From an uncultured Spirochaetales bacterium (GTDB taxonomy: Bacteria > Spirochaetota > Spirochaetia > Sphaerochaetales > Sphaerochaetaceae): 64,000 nt of DNA. The notes beneath the pieces are model-generated. The model ran no database searches. It was not told the origin of the DNA and saw only the letters and a program-made list of their open reading frames with translations. How positions within the stretch are numbered: position 1 is the first letter of the stretch; every line of letters begins with the position of its first letter. This document shows, one piece after another, positions 39,086 to 48,485 of the stretch. Where the stretch lies: NCBI GenBank assembly GCA_934271365.1, contig CAKQRI010000002.1, forward strand, positions 63,173-127,172. The letters run 5' to 3'. A program made the translations under genes and the position numbers.

Positions 39086-39889
39086 TCAATCTCTCTTTTT
39101 CCATTCAGTTGATGCCTCAAAGACTGTCTCTTCATCCTCACCATTCTTTCTGATTATCCTTGAGAATATCTCTGGAGTACTGGAGGACAGTGTGCTTTTC
39201 AGGCTTGTTCTTACAAATAGCTGATCTGTAAGGAAGCACTGCTTTTCCCATTTGACATCAAAGAATGATGGCATGAAGCTATCAAGGAATTCCTTAGGAA
39301 GCGCTTCCATAATCCAGTTGATATAGCTTATGTTGTTGACGTGCCTGTTGTAGTCAGTATCGTAATATGTGACTTCGATAGGCCAGTCCTGAAGTGTCTC
39401 TCCTTCATAGTCTTCAGCTTTTGGAAATGCTGGGAATGCTGGATCGAAATGCCTTTTATCTGCATCTGATTCAGGCAGCGCATCTTTTATGACATCTGGA
39501 CGGCATGGCCTCTTTCTTGCAAGGTCCATGATCACCCACCAGTTATCTGCCTGGAATACAGGAGAGCCATCTGCTTTATCATAGGCTCTTACAGCTCTTG
39601 GACAATATAGCCTATAGCCATCCTGACACCAGGTTTCAAGCCTGATGATATCAGCCCAGTTCATCAGCTTATCTATATGCATCCGGGTTCTGATGATCAT
39701 CCATGTCTTCTGCTCTTCATCATACAGTTTCTTGAGCCCGACTCCTTTTGCTGTTGCATGGAGCCCTCCCATTTCCTGGTTGAGTCCGAAATAGTAGCTT
39801 GGGCGGGCTTTATAGAAGCAGTCTGTCTCTGGAGATTTTATAAAGAACTCCCCGCATCCTATCTTCTCATCTTCATCTACATAGAACAT
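39086..39889 (-). CDS. Acyl-ACP thioesterase
   Basis: Double hot-dog layout. DYNRHVNNISYINWIMEALP is the family's conserved catalytic-region motif. Confidence 0.8.
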   Translation of the reverse strand: MFYVDEDEKIGCGEFFIKSPETDCFYKARPSYYFGLNQEMGGLHATAKGVGLKKLYDEEQKTWMIIRTRMHIDKLMNWADIIRLETWCQDGYRLYCPRAVRAYDKADGSPVFQADNWWVIMDLARKRPCRPDVIKDALPESDADKRHFDPAFPAFPKAEDYEGETLQDWPIEVTYYDTDYNRHVNNISYINWIMEALPKEFLDSFMPSFFDVKWEKQCFLTDQLFVRTSLKSTLSSSTPEIFSRIIRKNGEDEETVFEASTEWKKRD

Positions 39890-39891
39890 AG

Positions 39892-40428
39892 TCAGTCTGC
39901 CTTATAGAAACGGACCATTGAGCGTCCATATTTCCTTTCATCCTTGAAGGTGAAGCCTGGTACTTCTTCTGGCCAGAGCTTTTTCTCTTCCTCCGGGTAA
40001 TGGATTATGAAGAGACCACCTTCCTTTATTATCTTCTTATCTGCAATCGCTTTGAACAGCTCAACTTTTCCTTCCATGTTGAAGGGAGGATCTGCATATA
40101 CTATGTCATAATGATATGGACATGAGATTATGAATCTGTTCGCGTCCATCATGAACAGCCTCTTATCTTCTTCAACAAATGATATATTGCTCTCAATCAC
40201 GCTTTTCTTGCCTCTATCCATCTCAACAAGGTGGATAGGGGAAGCCCCCCTGCTTGCTGCTTCTATTGCAACACAGCCAGAGCCTGAGAACAGGTCGAGA
40301 AAGCTCTCGCCTGTAAGATCTCCGAGAATCGCGAAAAGGGATTCTCTCATTCTGTCCATTGCTGGCCTGATCACTCCAGGTGGGCATTTGACCTGACGCC
40401 TGCAGTATTTTCCTCCGGTAATTCTCAT
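39892..40428 (-). CDS. rsmD: 16S rRNA (guanine966-N2)-methyltransferase
   Basis: RPAMDRMRESLFAIL, SAM motif DLFSGSGCVAIEAASRGA, DPPF catalytic motif. Confidence 0.85.
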   Translation of the reverse strand: MRITGGKYCRRQVKCPPGVIRPAMDRMRESLFAILGDLTGESFLDLFSGSGCVAIEAASRGASPIHLVEMDRGKKSVIESNISFVEEDKRLFMMDANRFIISCPYHYDIVYADPPFNMEGKVELFKAIADKKIIKEGGLFIIHYPEEEKKLWPEEVPGFTFKDERKYGRSMVRFYKAD

Positions 40429-40445
40429 TATGTACCTCTATCTGA

Positions 40446-41015
40446 TCATGCTTCTTCTGGCCATAGACCAAGTTCTGGAGCTACCTCTGTCATTCCATCT
40501 ATTGCAAGCTGGATGACTGAAGGAATGTCCATCCCGATCATAGCTGCACCTTTTTCAATGACTTCCCTGTTTACACCTGCCGCAAAGCCATTGGAATTCC
40601 ATTTCTTTTTGACAGATTTTACGGATATTCCCTTCATCTTCTCAGGTCTCATCAGAGCTGTTGCTGTAATAAGACCAGTGAGCTCATCGATTGTGTATAG
40701 CACTTTTTCCATATATGACTCTGGCTCAATATCGGAGCATAAGCCCCATCCATGGGAGCATATTGCATGGATCATCTGATCTGTTGCACCTATTTCAGCT
40801 AGAAGCTCTGGAGCTTTCCTGCAGTGCTCTTCAGGGAATTTCTCCCAGTCGACATCGTGCAGAAGACCGACAACTCCCCAGAAATCTGGATCCACATTGC
40901 TTCTCTCTGCTGCTTCTCTCATCACGGCCTCAACAGCCAGTGCATGATGGAATAAGCTCTCTGATTCATTGTATTTATGCCATAGCTTTAAAGCATTCTC
41001 TCTATCTGCTGCCAT
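40446..41015 (-). CDS. HD-domain phosphohydrolase
   Basis: H...HD metal motif (FHHALAVEAVM...GLLHDVDWEK). ATG at 41015 lies 7 nt after AGGAG, which removes the overlap with recG implied by the track start 41084. Confidence 0.75.
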   Translation of the reverse strand: MAADRENALKLWHKYNESESLFHHALAVEAVMREAAERSNVDPDFWGVVGLLHDVDWEKFPEEHCRKAPELLAEIGATDQMIHAICSHGWGLCSDIEPESYMEKVLYTIDELTGLITATALMRPEKMKGISVKSVKKKWNSNGFAAGVNREVIEKGAAMIGMDIPSVIQLAIDGMTEVAPELGLWPEEA

Positions 41016-41055
41016 ATCAATTCTCCTGCTTATTAGGATAGCATTTTGCTTTTCA

Positions 41056-43062
41056 TCAAGAAAGAGCCTCTCTAAGCATTGCATTTTCAGCTTTGATAAG
41101 CCCTCTGTCTTCCTTCAGTATCTCAATTGCTTCTGCTGAAGCTTTCTCAAGAAGCTCTGTGTGATCTGTAAGAGATGCATAGTGTATCTTATAAAAGCCT
41201 GCCTGCTCGGTTCCCACGATATCTCCAGGGCCTCTTATTTCAAGATCCTTCTCTGCAATGATGAAGCCATCTGTTACATCTCTCATTACCTTCAGTCTCT
41301 CACCAGCTTCTTTTGTATAATGCTTAACATCAAATACAAGGAAGCAGTATGACTGCAGGGATGATCTTCCGACTCTTCCTCTGAGCTGGTGAAGTGCTGC
41401 TAGCCCGAATCTGTCTGCATGTTCAATTACCATGCAAGTTGCATCTGGAATGTCTATTCCGACTTCAACGACGCTTGTAGCAACAAGATACATTATCTTC
41501 TTATCCCTGAAATCTGAGAGTATTCTTACCTTATCTTCTTCTGGGAGCTTTGAATGGATAAGTGCAGAAGGCACTGAAGGATATATTCTCTTCAGCTCTT
41601 CATACATGGTCGTCACATCCCTGAGATCGCTTTCTCCCTCATCACTTATCCTAGGATATACAAAATATGCCTGATGTCCTCTTGAGAATTCTGTATTCAC
41701 AGCCTTGTACATATCCATTCTCTTCTCATTGCTTACAAGATGCGTGATTATCGGGCGTCTGCCATTTGGCATTGTCTTTATTGTTGATATATCCAGGCTT
41801 GCATATAGAGTCAGAGCAAGCGTTCTTGGAATAGGTGTTGCAGTCATTGAAAGCACATCAGGCCTTTCGCCTTTATTCTTCAGAGCTTCTCTCTGTGCAA
41901 CGCCGAATCTATGCTGCTCATCTATGATTACATATCTGAGATTCCTGAATTTTACATCACCAGAGAACAGGGCATGTGTTCCTATTGCAAGATCTGCATC
42001 TCCTCTCTCAATTGCACTCAGAAGCAGTTTTCTTGCTTTGCTGTTGATGTCTCCGATTACAAGTGCTGTATTTATTCCAAGCGGTTCCAATAGCTTTGCG
42101 GCAAGTTCTGCATGCTGCCTAGCAAGGAGCTCTGTAGGTGCCATGAATGCAACCTGACCTCCATTTGCTATTACATGTAGAGCAGAGATCCATGCAACAA
42201 GGGTTTTGCCTGAGCCTACATCTCCCTGTAAAAGCCTTTCCATAGGCTCTTTGCTGTCAAGGTCCTCTCTTATCTCATCTGTAGCTTTAATCTGATCTGG
42301 AGTAAGGGAGAAGGGAAGGGAAGAGATGAGCTTTTTCTCTAATTCAGACATCGGGCTCTTCTTTCTCTTCCTGAAGTCCTTATCTCTTAGAAGCCGGATC
42401 TCAAGCCGTAAGAGCTCTGAGAAGGCGAGTGTCCGCTTGGCTTTATCTAGTACCTCGAAATCTTCTGGGAAATGAATGCCTCTAAGTGCATCTCCGTCTG
42501 GAATGAATCCATATTTCTCATAAAGGTAATATGGCATAGAGAGAGGAAATGGAGAAAGCTCTCTGAGTGCATATTTAACAGCTTCTCTTATATTCTTCTG
42601 GCTAAGAGATCCTGATAGCGGATAGATTGGCAGTATCTTTCCGATTCCAGCCTCTTTGCGTGTTCTCTTCAGCTCAAATGAAGAGGTCTGGAAAAGTCCA
42701 TTTGGATTTCTCTGGACAGATGCATTTATATACCAGGAAGAGCCTAGAGAGAGCATGTTCTCAAGAAATGGCCTGTTGAAGCACAGAAGCTCTATCAATC
42801 TACCATCTTCATCTTCGCATAGCACTTTGAGTGTTCTGCCTTTTTTAGATGGAAAGAATGAATGCTTTTTTACAAAAATCTGGCATGCGATATTGGGATC
42901 ATCGATTGAGATATCAGAAAGACAGCGTTCCTCTCTTCTGTCGTCGTAGGCCCTTGGTGCTAGCTGGAGAACATCATCTAAATTATAGATGCCAAGATTA
43001 TTGAAGTCTTCCTGCAGCTTTCTGCCTATTCCTGGAACTGCTGTTATTCTGATTTTATCCAT
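41056..43062 (-). CDS. recG: ATP-dependent DNA helicase RecG
   Basis: Wedge-domain N-terminus, Walker A GDVGSGKT, DEQHRFG, and RGRVGRS motif VI. Confidence 0.95.
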   Translation of the reverse strand: MDKIRITAVPGIGRKLQEDFNNLGIYNLDDVLQLAPRAYDDRREERCLSDISIDDPNIACQIFVKKHSFFPSKKGRTLKVLCEDEDGRLIELLCFNRPFLENMLSLGSSWYINASVQRNPNGLFQTSSFELKRTRKEAGIGKILPIYPLSGSLSQKNIREAVKYALRELSPFPLSMPYYLYEKYGFIPDGDALRGIHFPEDFEVLDKAKRTLAFSELLRLEIRLLRDKDFRKRKKSPMSELEKKLISSLPFSLTPDQIKATDEIREDLDSKEPMERLLQGDVGSGKTLVAWISALHVIANGGQVAFMAPTELLARQHAELAAKLLEPLGINTALVIGDINSKARKLLLSAIERGDADLAIGTHALFSGDVKFRNLRYVIIDEQHRFGVAQREALKNKGERPDVLSMTATPIPRTLALTLYASLDISTIKTMPNGRRPIITHLVSNEKRMDMYKAVNTEFSRGHQAYFVYPRISDEGESDLRDVTTMYEELKRIYPSVPSALIHSKLPEEDKVRILSDFRDKKIMYLVATSVVEVGIDIPDATCMVIEHADRFGLAALHQLRGRVGRSSLQSYCFLVFDVKHYTKEAGERLKVMRDVTDGFIIAEKDLEIRGPGDIVGTEQAGFYKIHYASLTDHTELLEKASAEAIEILKEDRGLIKAENAMLREALS

Positions 43063-43671
43063 TTAGAATGGTATCCTGATTGCCAGTCTCATAAGATATC
43101 CGAAGAGATATTTGCCACCGAAATACATCATTATGGAAAGAACCAGTCCTATTACAGAGATTGTCCTTTCTGATACTCTGCTCCCATTAGGGAAGAATGA
43201 TCTGATCATTGAGCAGAACGAGTCTGCTCCCATTGTCATAGAGTAGGAAGATGCTCTCATCATAGGATTTGATGAGAATGCAGATATTGTCCTGAAGATC
43301 ATCAGTATGATAAGCAGCGAGAGGTATATAGATAGTCCATAGCTCCAGAATGCCTGGATGAATAGTGATAGGATAAGCGCAAATGTGAGATATCCGAAAT
43401 TGCCGAAGAATGACAGTATTGATTCTGCAACGCTTACAAGGCCTATGGCAATGATTGGCGAGAAATCCAGGATTCCTATTGTCATTCCCTTTCTCTTGAA
43501 CATATTAAGGTATGGATCAACAGCACCAGCAAGGAATGAAGAGAAGGAGCCATCTCTATAGCTTCTAACAAACCAGGACATGATTATCCTGATCCAGATC
43601 ATGAAAGAATATAGTCTTAGCAGCCTAGCTAGAACTAAAGATGCCTTAGTCAGTATATACATTGAAAACAA
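43063..43671 (-). CDS. YggT-family membrane protein (extended, about 200 aa)
   Basis: LLRLYSFMIWIRIIMSWF...DPYLNMFKR...ILDFSPIIAI matches the YggT repeat. Extra TM helices lie C-terminal. Confidence 0.65.
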   Translation of the reverse strand: MFSMYILTKASLVLARLLRLYSFMIWIRIIMSWFVRSYRDGSFSSFLAGAVDPYLNMFKRKGMTIGILDFSPIIAIGLVSVAESILSFFGNFGYLTFALILSLFIQAFWSYGLSIYLSLLIILMIFRTISAFSSNPMMRASSYSMTMGADSFCSMIRSFFPNGSRVSERTISVIGLVLSIMMYFGGKYLFGYLMRLAIRIPF

Positions 43672-43689
43672 ACTCCTAACTCTATTAAA

Positions 43690-46600
43690 TTAATTGACCC
43701 AGACCTTATCGACAATCTCCAGTGAATTAAGTTCTTCAAGCAGTCCTCTTGAATAATCGAGGTAGCTGGTGCTCTTAAGCTGCAGCTCTTCTCTCTCATT
43801 ATTGTCAATCAAGAGAGAGACTGGTATAGTTCCTTCATTTGTGGTGAATACCCTCTGCAGTCCTTTTAATGTGTCGCGGGAGAAGCCCAATGAGGATTTC
43901 AGCCTGATATTGATCTTCTTCACAGCCTCAGGTTTCAGCTCATACGGAGAGACGATGTTCTGGATTGTGAAAGACAGCTTATCTGAACGCATTGAGAATT
44001 TCCCTATGAAGCCATAGATTCCATCAACTTCGACCTTATCCTGAAGAGGTGCGAAGGTAGAAGGGAAGCATACAGCCTCAACATCTCCTTCTTTTGTCTG
44101 CAGTGTGAATATTGCCATCTTCTGCTTGGATTTTGTAAGCACGACACGCTCTGCCTGCACGAGTGCGATAAGCTGTACCTCTGTATCCATCATAATGGTA
44201 TCAATATCTCCGAGATTGACTCTTACGCATTCTTCGCAGTTTGTCTTATAAACATCAAGCGGATGGCCTGAGATATAGAAGCCTAGAAGCTCCCGCTCTG
44301 TCTTCAGTTTCTCAAGAAGCTCCCAGTCCTCTCTTTCTCTCATCTCAAAGGTATCCATTGAGCTGTCTTCCTCTTCTCCGAATAAAGACAGCTGCCCGAA
44401 TGCAGTTGATGCCTTTGTTGCTTTATCAAAGCGGATGGCCTCTTCAAGGTTTTCAAGAAGAGTAGGCCTGTTTATTCCAAGTTCATCAAATGCTCCTGCC
44501 TTGATTAGGGATTCAAGGAGTCTTGAGTTGACTGTATTCTCACCCTGTCTTGCTAAGAACTCCATGAATGATGTGTATGGACCATTCTTATCGCGTTCTG
44601 CGATTATCTGCTCAACAACGCCTTCCCCGACGTTCTTTATTCCAGCAAGACCGTAGATTATATCTCCCTTGTCTACAGTGAAGTGCTTCTCAGATCTGTT
44701 TATTGAAGGTGGAACGATCTTTATGTTGTATTTTGGAGCAAGATTCAGGTATTCAGTGAACTTATCAGGGCTGTTCATTTCGTTTGTGAGGTTAGCAGCC
44801 AGGAATTCTGGCATGTACCTTGCTTTCAGAAATGCGGTCTGGTAAGCAACTACAGAGTACGCTACAGCATGAGACTTATTGAAGCCATAGCCAGCAAAAG
44901 GCTTCAGGATCTCAAAGACTCTGTCAGCATCTTCCTTAGAATGCCCAAGCTTCATAGCTCCTTCTTCGAAGATCACCTGCTGCTTTGCAAGCTGGTCAAC
45001 TTTCTTCTTACCCATGATTCTTCTCAGGATATCTGCACCGCCTAGGGTATATCCTGCAAATTTCTGGGCAACCTGCATAACCTGTTCCTGATATACGATT
45101 ACTCCGTATGTTGTCTTGAGAATATCCTCAAGACATGGATCAGGATATGTAATAGGTATTCTTCCGAATTTTGAATCAATATACTGATCAATGAACTGCA
45201 TAGGACCGGGTCTGTAAAGTGCATTGAGAGCTACCAGCTCTTCGATTGTTGAAGGCTGAGCTCGCTTTAGGATATCCTGCATTCCAGATGATTCAAACTG
45301 GAATACGCATGATGAGTCTCCTCTTCTGAGCATGTCGAATGTAACAGGATCTTCCTCATCAATCTTATTGATATCAAAATCAGGCTCTATTTTATGGATC
45401 AGATCAACTGTATGCTTGATGAGAGTCAGTGTCTTCAGTCCAAGGAAGTCCATCTTTACAAGTCCGCAGTTCTCAATCTGCAGCATTGTATACTGAGTTG
45501 CAAGAGCACCTGTCTTCGGGTCTGCACATAGAGGAACATAGTGGTCCAGTGACTGTCGTCCGATTACAACGCCTGCTGCATGGAGCGATGTGTGTCTGGA
45601 TAGGCCTTCCAGCCTTATTGCCGTATCAAAAAGCTCTTCATATATGCCACCTCTATCTCTGATTGCCTGCAGTTTCGGCTCGAACTTAAGACAGTCAGGA
45701 AGATGGAATTTCTTCATGTCTGGAATTGCATCAGGAATCAATGCGCATATCTTATTTGCTTCATCAAAAGGGATATCCAGGACTCTTGCGACATCCTTGA
45801 CTACTGCTTTTGGCTTAAGCGTTCCGAATGTTGTGATCTGTCCGACATTGTCATGCCCATAATGCTCTGTTACATAATCAATTACCTCGCCACGGCGTTC
45901 GAAGCAGAAGTCGATGTCGAAATCAGGCATTGATACTCTTTCAGGATTGAGGAATCGCTCAAAGAGCAGATTGTACTTAATAGGGTCAACATCTGTGATT
46001 GTGGTTGTGTATGCTACAAGAGAGCCAGCGCCTGATCCTCTTCCTGGTCCTACAGGAATCCCATGGACCTTAGCCCAGTGAATATAGTCTCGGACGATAA
46101 GGAAGTATGCAGGGAAGTCCATCTGTATGATGATATCAAGCTCATACTGAAGCCTTTTCTTAAGCATTGCCATCTTCTCTTCATCTGCATCTGGATAGCG
46201 GACGGGCAGGCCTTCATAAGCAAGTGCAGTAAGATACTCTGCATCTGTCTTATATGGCTCTGGTATTGAGCATTTAGGTAGGATAGGTCCTGGAAAGTTG
46301 ATTTCAAGATTGCATCTCTCTGCAACTTTTCCGGTATTCTCTACAGCTTCTGGCACCCATGAGAAGAGCTCTGCCATCTCATCTGGAGTTCTGAAATAGA
46401 ATTCTCCTTCTTTGTATCTGAGTCTGTTCTGGTCGGTTTTCTTGCTTCCTGTTCCGATGCAGAGCAGAGTATCATGTGCATTGGAGTCTGATTTATCTAT
46501 GTAGTGGATATCGTTTGTGCATACAACTGGGATATCCATCTCTTTTCCTATTTTCACAAGCTCTTCTGCAACAATCCTCTCCTCAGGAATTCCATGGTCC

Positions 46601-47118
46601 TGAAGCTCAAGATAATATCTGTCTCCGAAAAGATTCTTGAACCATGCTACACGCTCTCTTGCTTCTTTAAGCTTGTGAGCTGTGATAAGACGAGGAATCT
46701 CTCCTGCAAGACATGCAGATAAGCAGATCAGATCATCACTATGTGAAGTAAGCGTCTCATTGTCGATACGCGGTTTATAGTAATAGCCTTCCTTCCATGC
46801 AATTGAATTCAGCTCCATCAGATTATGGTAGCCATGGTCATTCATTGCCAGAAGGATGAGATGGTAGTATTTTGTTCCGCCAGGTGTCCTGTCTCTTCTG
46901 TCTAGTGGATACATATAGAATTCACATCCGACAATCGGATTAATGCCATTTGCACGGCATGCTTCATAGAATGTTACAGCTCCATACATGTTTCCATGGT
47001 CGGTAAGTGCAAGGCTGGTCATCCCGCATTCCTTAGCCTTTGCTATATAGCGAGGAATGGAAGCAGCTCCATCGAGAAGCGAAAAGTCAGAGTGATTATG
47101 TAAATGAACGAAGCTCAT
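43690..47118 (-). CDS. dnaE: DNA polymerase III alpha subunit
   Basis: PHP domain MSFVHLHNHSDFSLLDGA, palm PDFDIDF, fingers GLVKMDFLGL and an OB-fold C-terminus. 1142 aa. Confidence 0.97.
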   Translation of the reverse strand: MSFVHLHNHSDFSLLDGAASIPRYIAKAKECGMTSLALTDHGNMYGAVTFYEACRANGINPIVGCEFYMYPLDRRDRTPGGTKYYHLILLAMNDHGYHNLMELNSIAWKEGYYYKPRIDNETLTSHSDDLICLSACLAGEIPRLITAHKLKEARERVAWFKNLFGDRYYLELQDHGIPEERIVAEELVKIGKEMDIPVVCTNDIHYIDKSDSNAHDTLLCIGTGSKKTDQNRLRYKEGEFYFRTPDEMAELFSWVPEAVENTGKVAERCNLEINFPGPILPKCSIPEPYKTDAEYLTALAYEGLPVRYPDADEEKMAMLKKRLQYELDIIIQMDFPAYFLIVRDYIHWAKVHGIPVGPGRGSGAGSLVAYTTTITDVDPIKYNLLFERFLNPERVSMPDFDIDFCFERRGEVIDYVTEHYGHDNVGQITTFGTLKPKAVVKDVARVLDIPFDEANKICALIPDAIPDMKKFHLPDCLKFEPKLQAIRDRGGIYEELFDTAIRLEGLSRHTSLHAAGVVIGRQSLDHYVPLCADPKTGALATQYTMLQIENCGLVKMDFLGLKTLTLIKHTVDLIHKIEPDFDINKIDEEDPVTFDMLRRGDSSCVFQFESSGMQDILKRAQPSTIEELVALNALYRPGPMQFIDQYIDSKFGRIPITYPDPCLEDILKTTYGVIVYQEQVMQVAQKFAGYTLGGADILRRIMGKKKVDQLAKQQVIFEEGAMKLGHSKEDADRVFEILKPFAGYGFNKSHAVAYSVVAYQTAFLKARYMPEFLAANLTNEMNSPDKFTEYLNLAPKYNIKIVPPSINRSEKHFTVDKGDIIYGLAGIKNVGEGVVEQIIAERDKNGPYTSFMEFLARQGENTVNSRLLESLIKAGAFDELGINRPTLLENLEEAIRFDKATKASTAFGQLSLFGEEEDSSMDTFEMREREDWELLEKLKTERELLGFYISGHPLDVYKTNCEECVRVNLGDIDTIMMDTEVQLIALVQAERVVLTKSKQKMAIFTLQTKEGDVEAVCFPSTFAPLQDKVEVDGIYGFIGKFSMRSDKLSFTIQNIVSPYELKPEAVKKINIRLKSSLGFSRDTLKGLQRVFTTNEGTIPVSLLIDNNEREELQLKSTSYLDYSRGLLEELNSLEIVDKVWVN

Positions 47119-48022
47119 GTGTCTCCTTATCTCCAGGCAGCGTAAGTGCTTTCCTGTTGAGATCGTCGAATAAGTCCTTAAGTATTCCTTTTATCCTTGC
47201 TCTCTGCAGTTCAGTGATCTCTGCAAAAGAAGAGTCTATGAATGTGAACAGTATGCCTTCTACAGAGTTGAATTCACTCTCATCTAGCGGAAAACGCAGA
47301 GAGGCAAGAATGTTGTCTATGTCTCTTGAGAAGCATATTCCGGAGAGTGGAATAGTAAAAGCTATATGAGGATTGATCAGAAGATCCATATCCCAGTCTG
47401 AGATGAATGCAACAGCAACTGACTCTGTTGGCTCAAGGACAAAGGAACCTATCTGATAGAACTTCTGATAGTCATCTTCTATTGTGCCTATCCTGATCCT
47501 GCTTATTATTCCCTGAGGAGGGAGTGATATCCTGCCGCTCTTGTCAACGAGTCTTGCAAGTGGCATCCATTTAGAATGAAGCCTCTTCTTCTTCACGAAT
47601 TTGATCTCAACAGATGCATCTAGAGCAATCAGTGTACCAGGGAAGCTTGTAGTGAAGTCTTTTGTGCAGAGAGAGCCTCCTATTGTGGCTCTTGATGATA
47701 CTAATGAACTTTCAATTGCTCTTGCATTATCAAGAAGGATTCTAGGAAGTATGTTCTTTCCCGAATTCAGGATTTTGTAGAAAGTGATTCTGCAGCCAAG
47801 CTCCGCCAGCCTGTCATTTCTCTGGAAGCGGTCGAGCTCCTCTATATTCCCTATATAGATGACTTCACTGTTGTTGCTCTTGCTAGGATATGCATCTGGT
47901 CTGGTCATCAGGAATGTGCCACCTGCCCATATTGTTGCATTAGGAGTCTGCAGTATATTCTGGGAGTATTCGCTCATTGTTGATGGTGAATGGATATTAG
48001 GTGAACTAAGCCCTTCGTACAC
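47096..48022 (-). CDS. FAD-binding (medium) subunit of a xanthine dehydrogenase/CO dehydrogenase-family molybdo-enzyme
   Basis: FAD_binding_5 pattern: IWAGGTFLM...IGNIEELDRF...LGCRITF...SRATIGGSLC...LIALDASVEI. The 3' end overlaps the dnaE start by 23 nt. Confidence 0.7.
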   Translation of the reverse strand: MYEGLSSPNIHSPSTMSEYSQNILQTPNATIWAGGTFLMTRPDAYPSKSNNSEVIYIGNIEELDRFQRNDRLAELGCRITFYKILNSGKNILPRILLDNARAIESSLVSSRATIGGSLCTKDFTTSFPGTLIALDASVEIKFVKKKRLHSKWMPLARLVDKSGRISLPPQGIISRIRIGTIEDDYQKFYQIGSFVLEPTESVAVAFISDWDMDLLINPHIAFTIPLSGICFSRDIDNILASLRFPLDESEFNSVEGILFTFIDSSFAEITELQRARIKGILKDLFDDLNRKALTLPGDKETHELRSFT

Positions 48023-48485
48023 GTCTCTTCCTCCTGAACTCTATAGCTTTCAGCACAATCCTCACTTCAGATTCTGCATCCATGCAGTTGCATTTTATTA
48101 TCCCGAGTTCTTTTATTATCTCATCAGGTCTTGTCTCATTCCTGGATATCAGAGATTCCATTATGATGACTCTGGAGCTATAGCATTCGGGACAAGGCTC
48201 AGCACCGATTATGTCGAAAGCTCTCTCGATATCCTTCATTTCCTTTGTCTTCTGGAATGAATCAAATGTCGTTATCTCCTTTCCCCTGATTTCAAAAGCC
48301 GGAACCATGCAGGAGAGCATTGCCTTGTCATCTATCATAACAGCACAGAGTCCACACATCTTGCCTCTGCAATGTGCATTTGCGGTATTTGACTCAAGGT
48401 TCTCCTGAAGGATCAGTGATAGCGGTTTATTTGAATTAAGAGACAGGCTCAGTGTCCTTCCATCTACAATGCAGTCAACTTTCAT
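48006..48485 (-). CDS. [2Fe-2S]-binding (small) subunit of the xanthine dehydrogenase family
   Basis: Cluster I is C-x4-C-x2-C...C (HCRGKMCGLCAVMIDDKAMLSC). Cluster II is degenerate (CPEC...CNC). Confidence 0.7.
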   Translation of the reverse strand: MKVDCIVDGRTLSLSLNSNKPLSLILQENLESNTANAHCRGKMCGLCAVMIDDKAMLSCMVPAFEIRGKEITTFDSFQKTKEMKDIERAFDIIGAEPCPECYSSRVIIMESLISRNETRPDEIIKELGIIKCNCMDAESEVRIVLKAIEFRRKRRVRRA

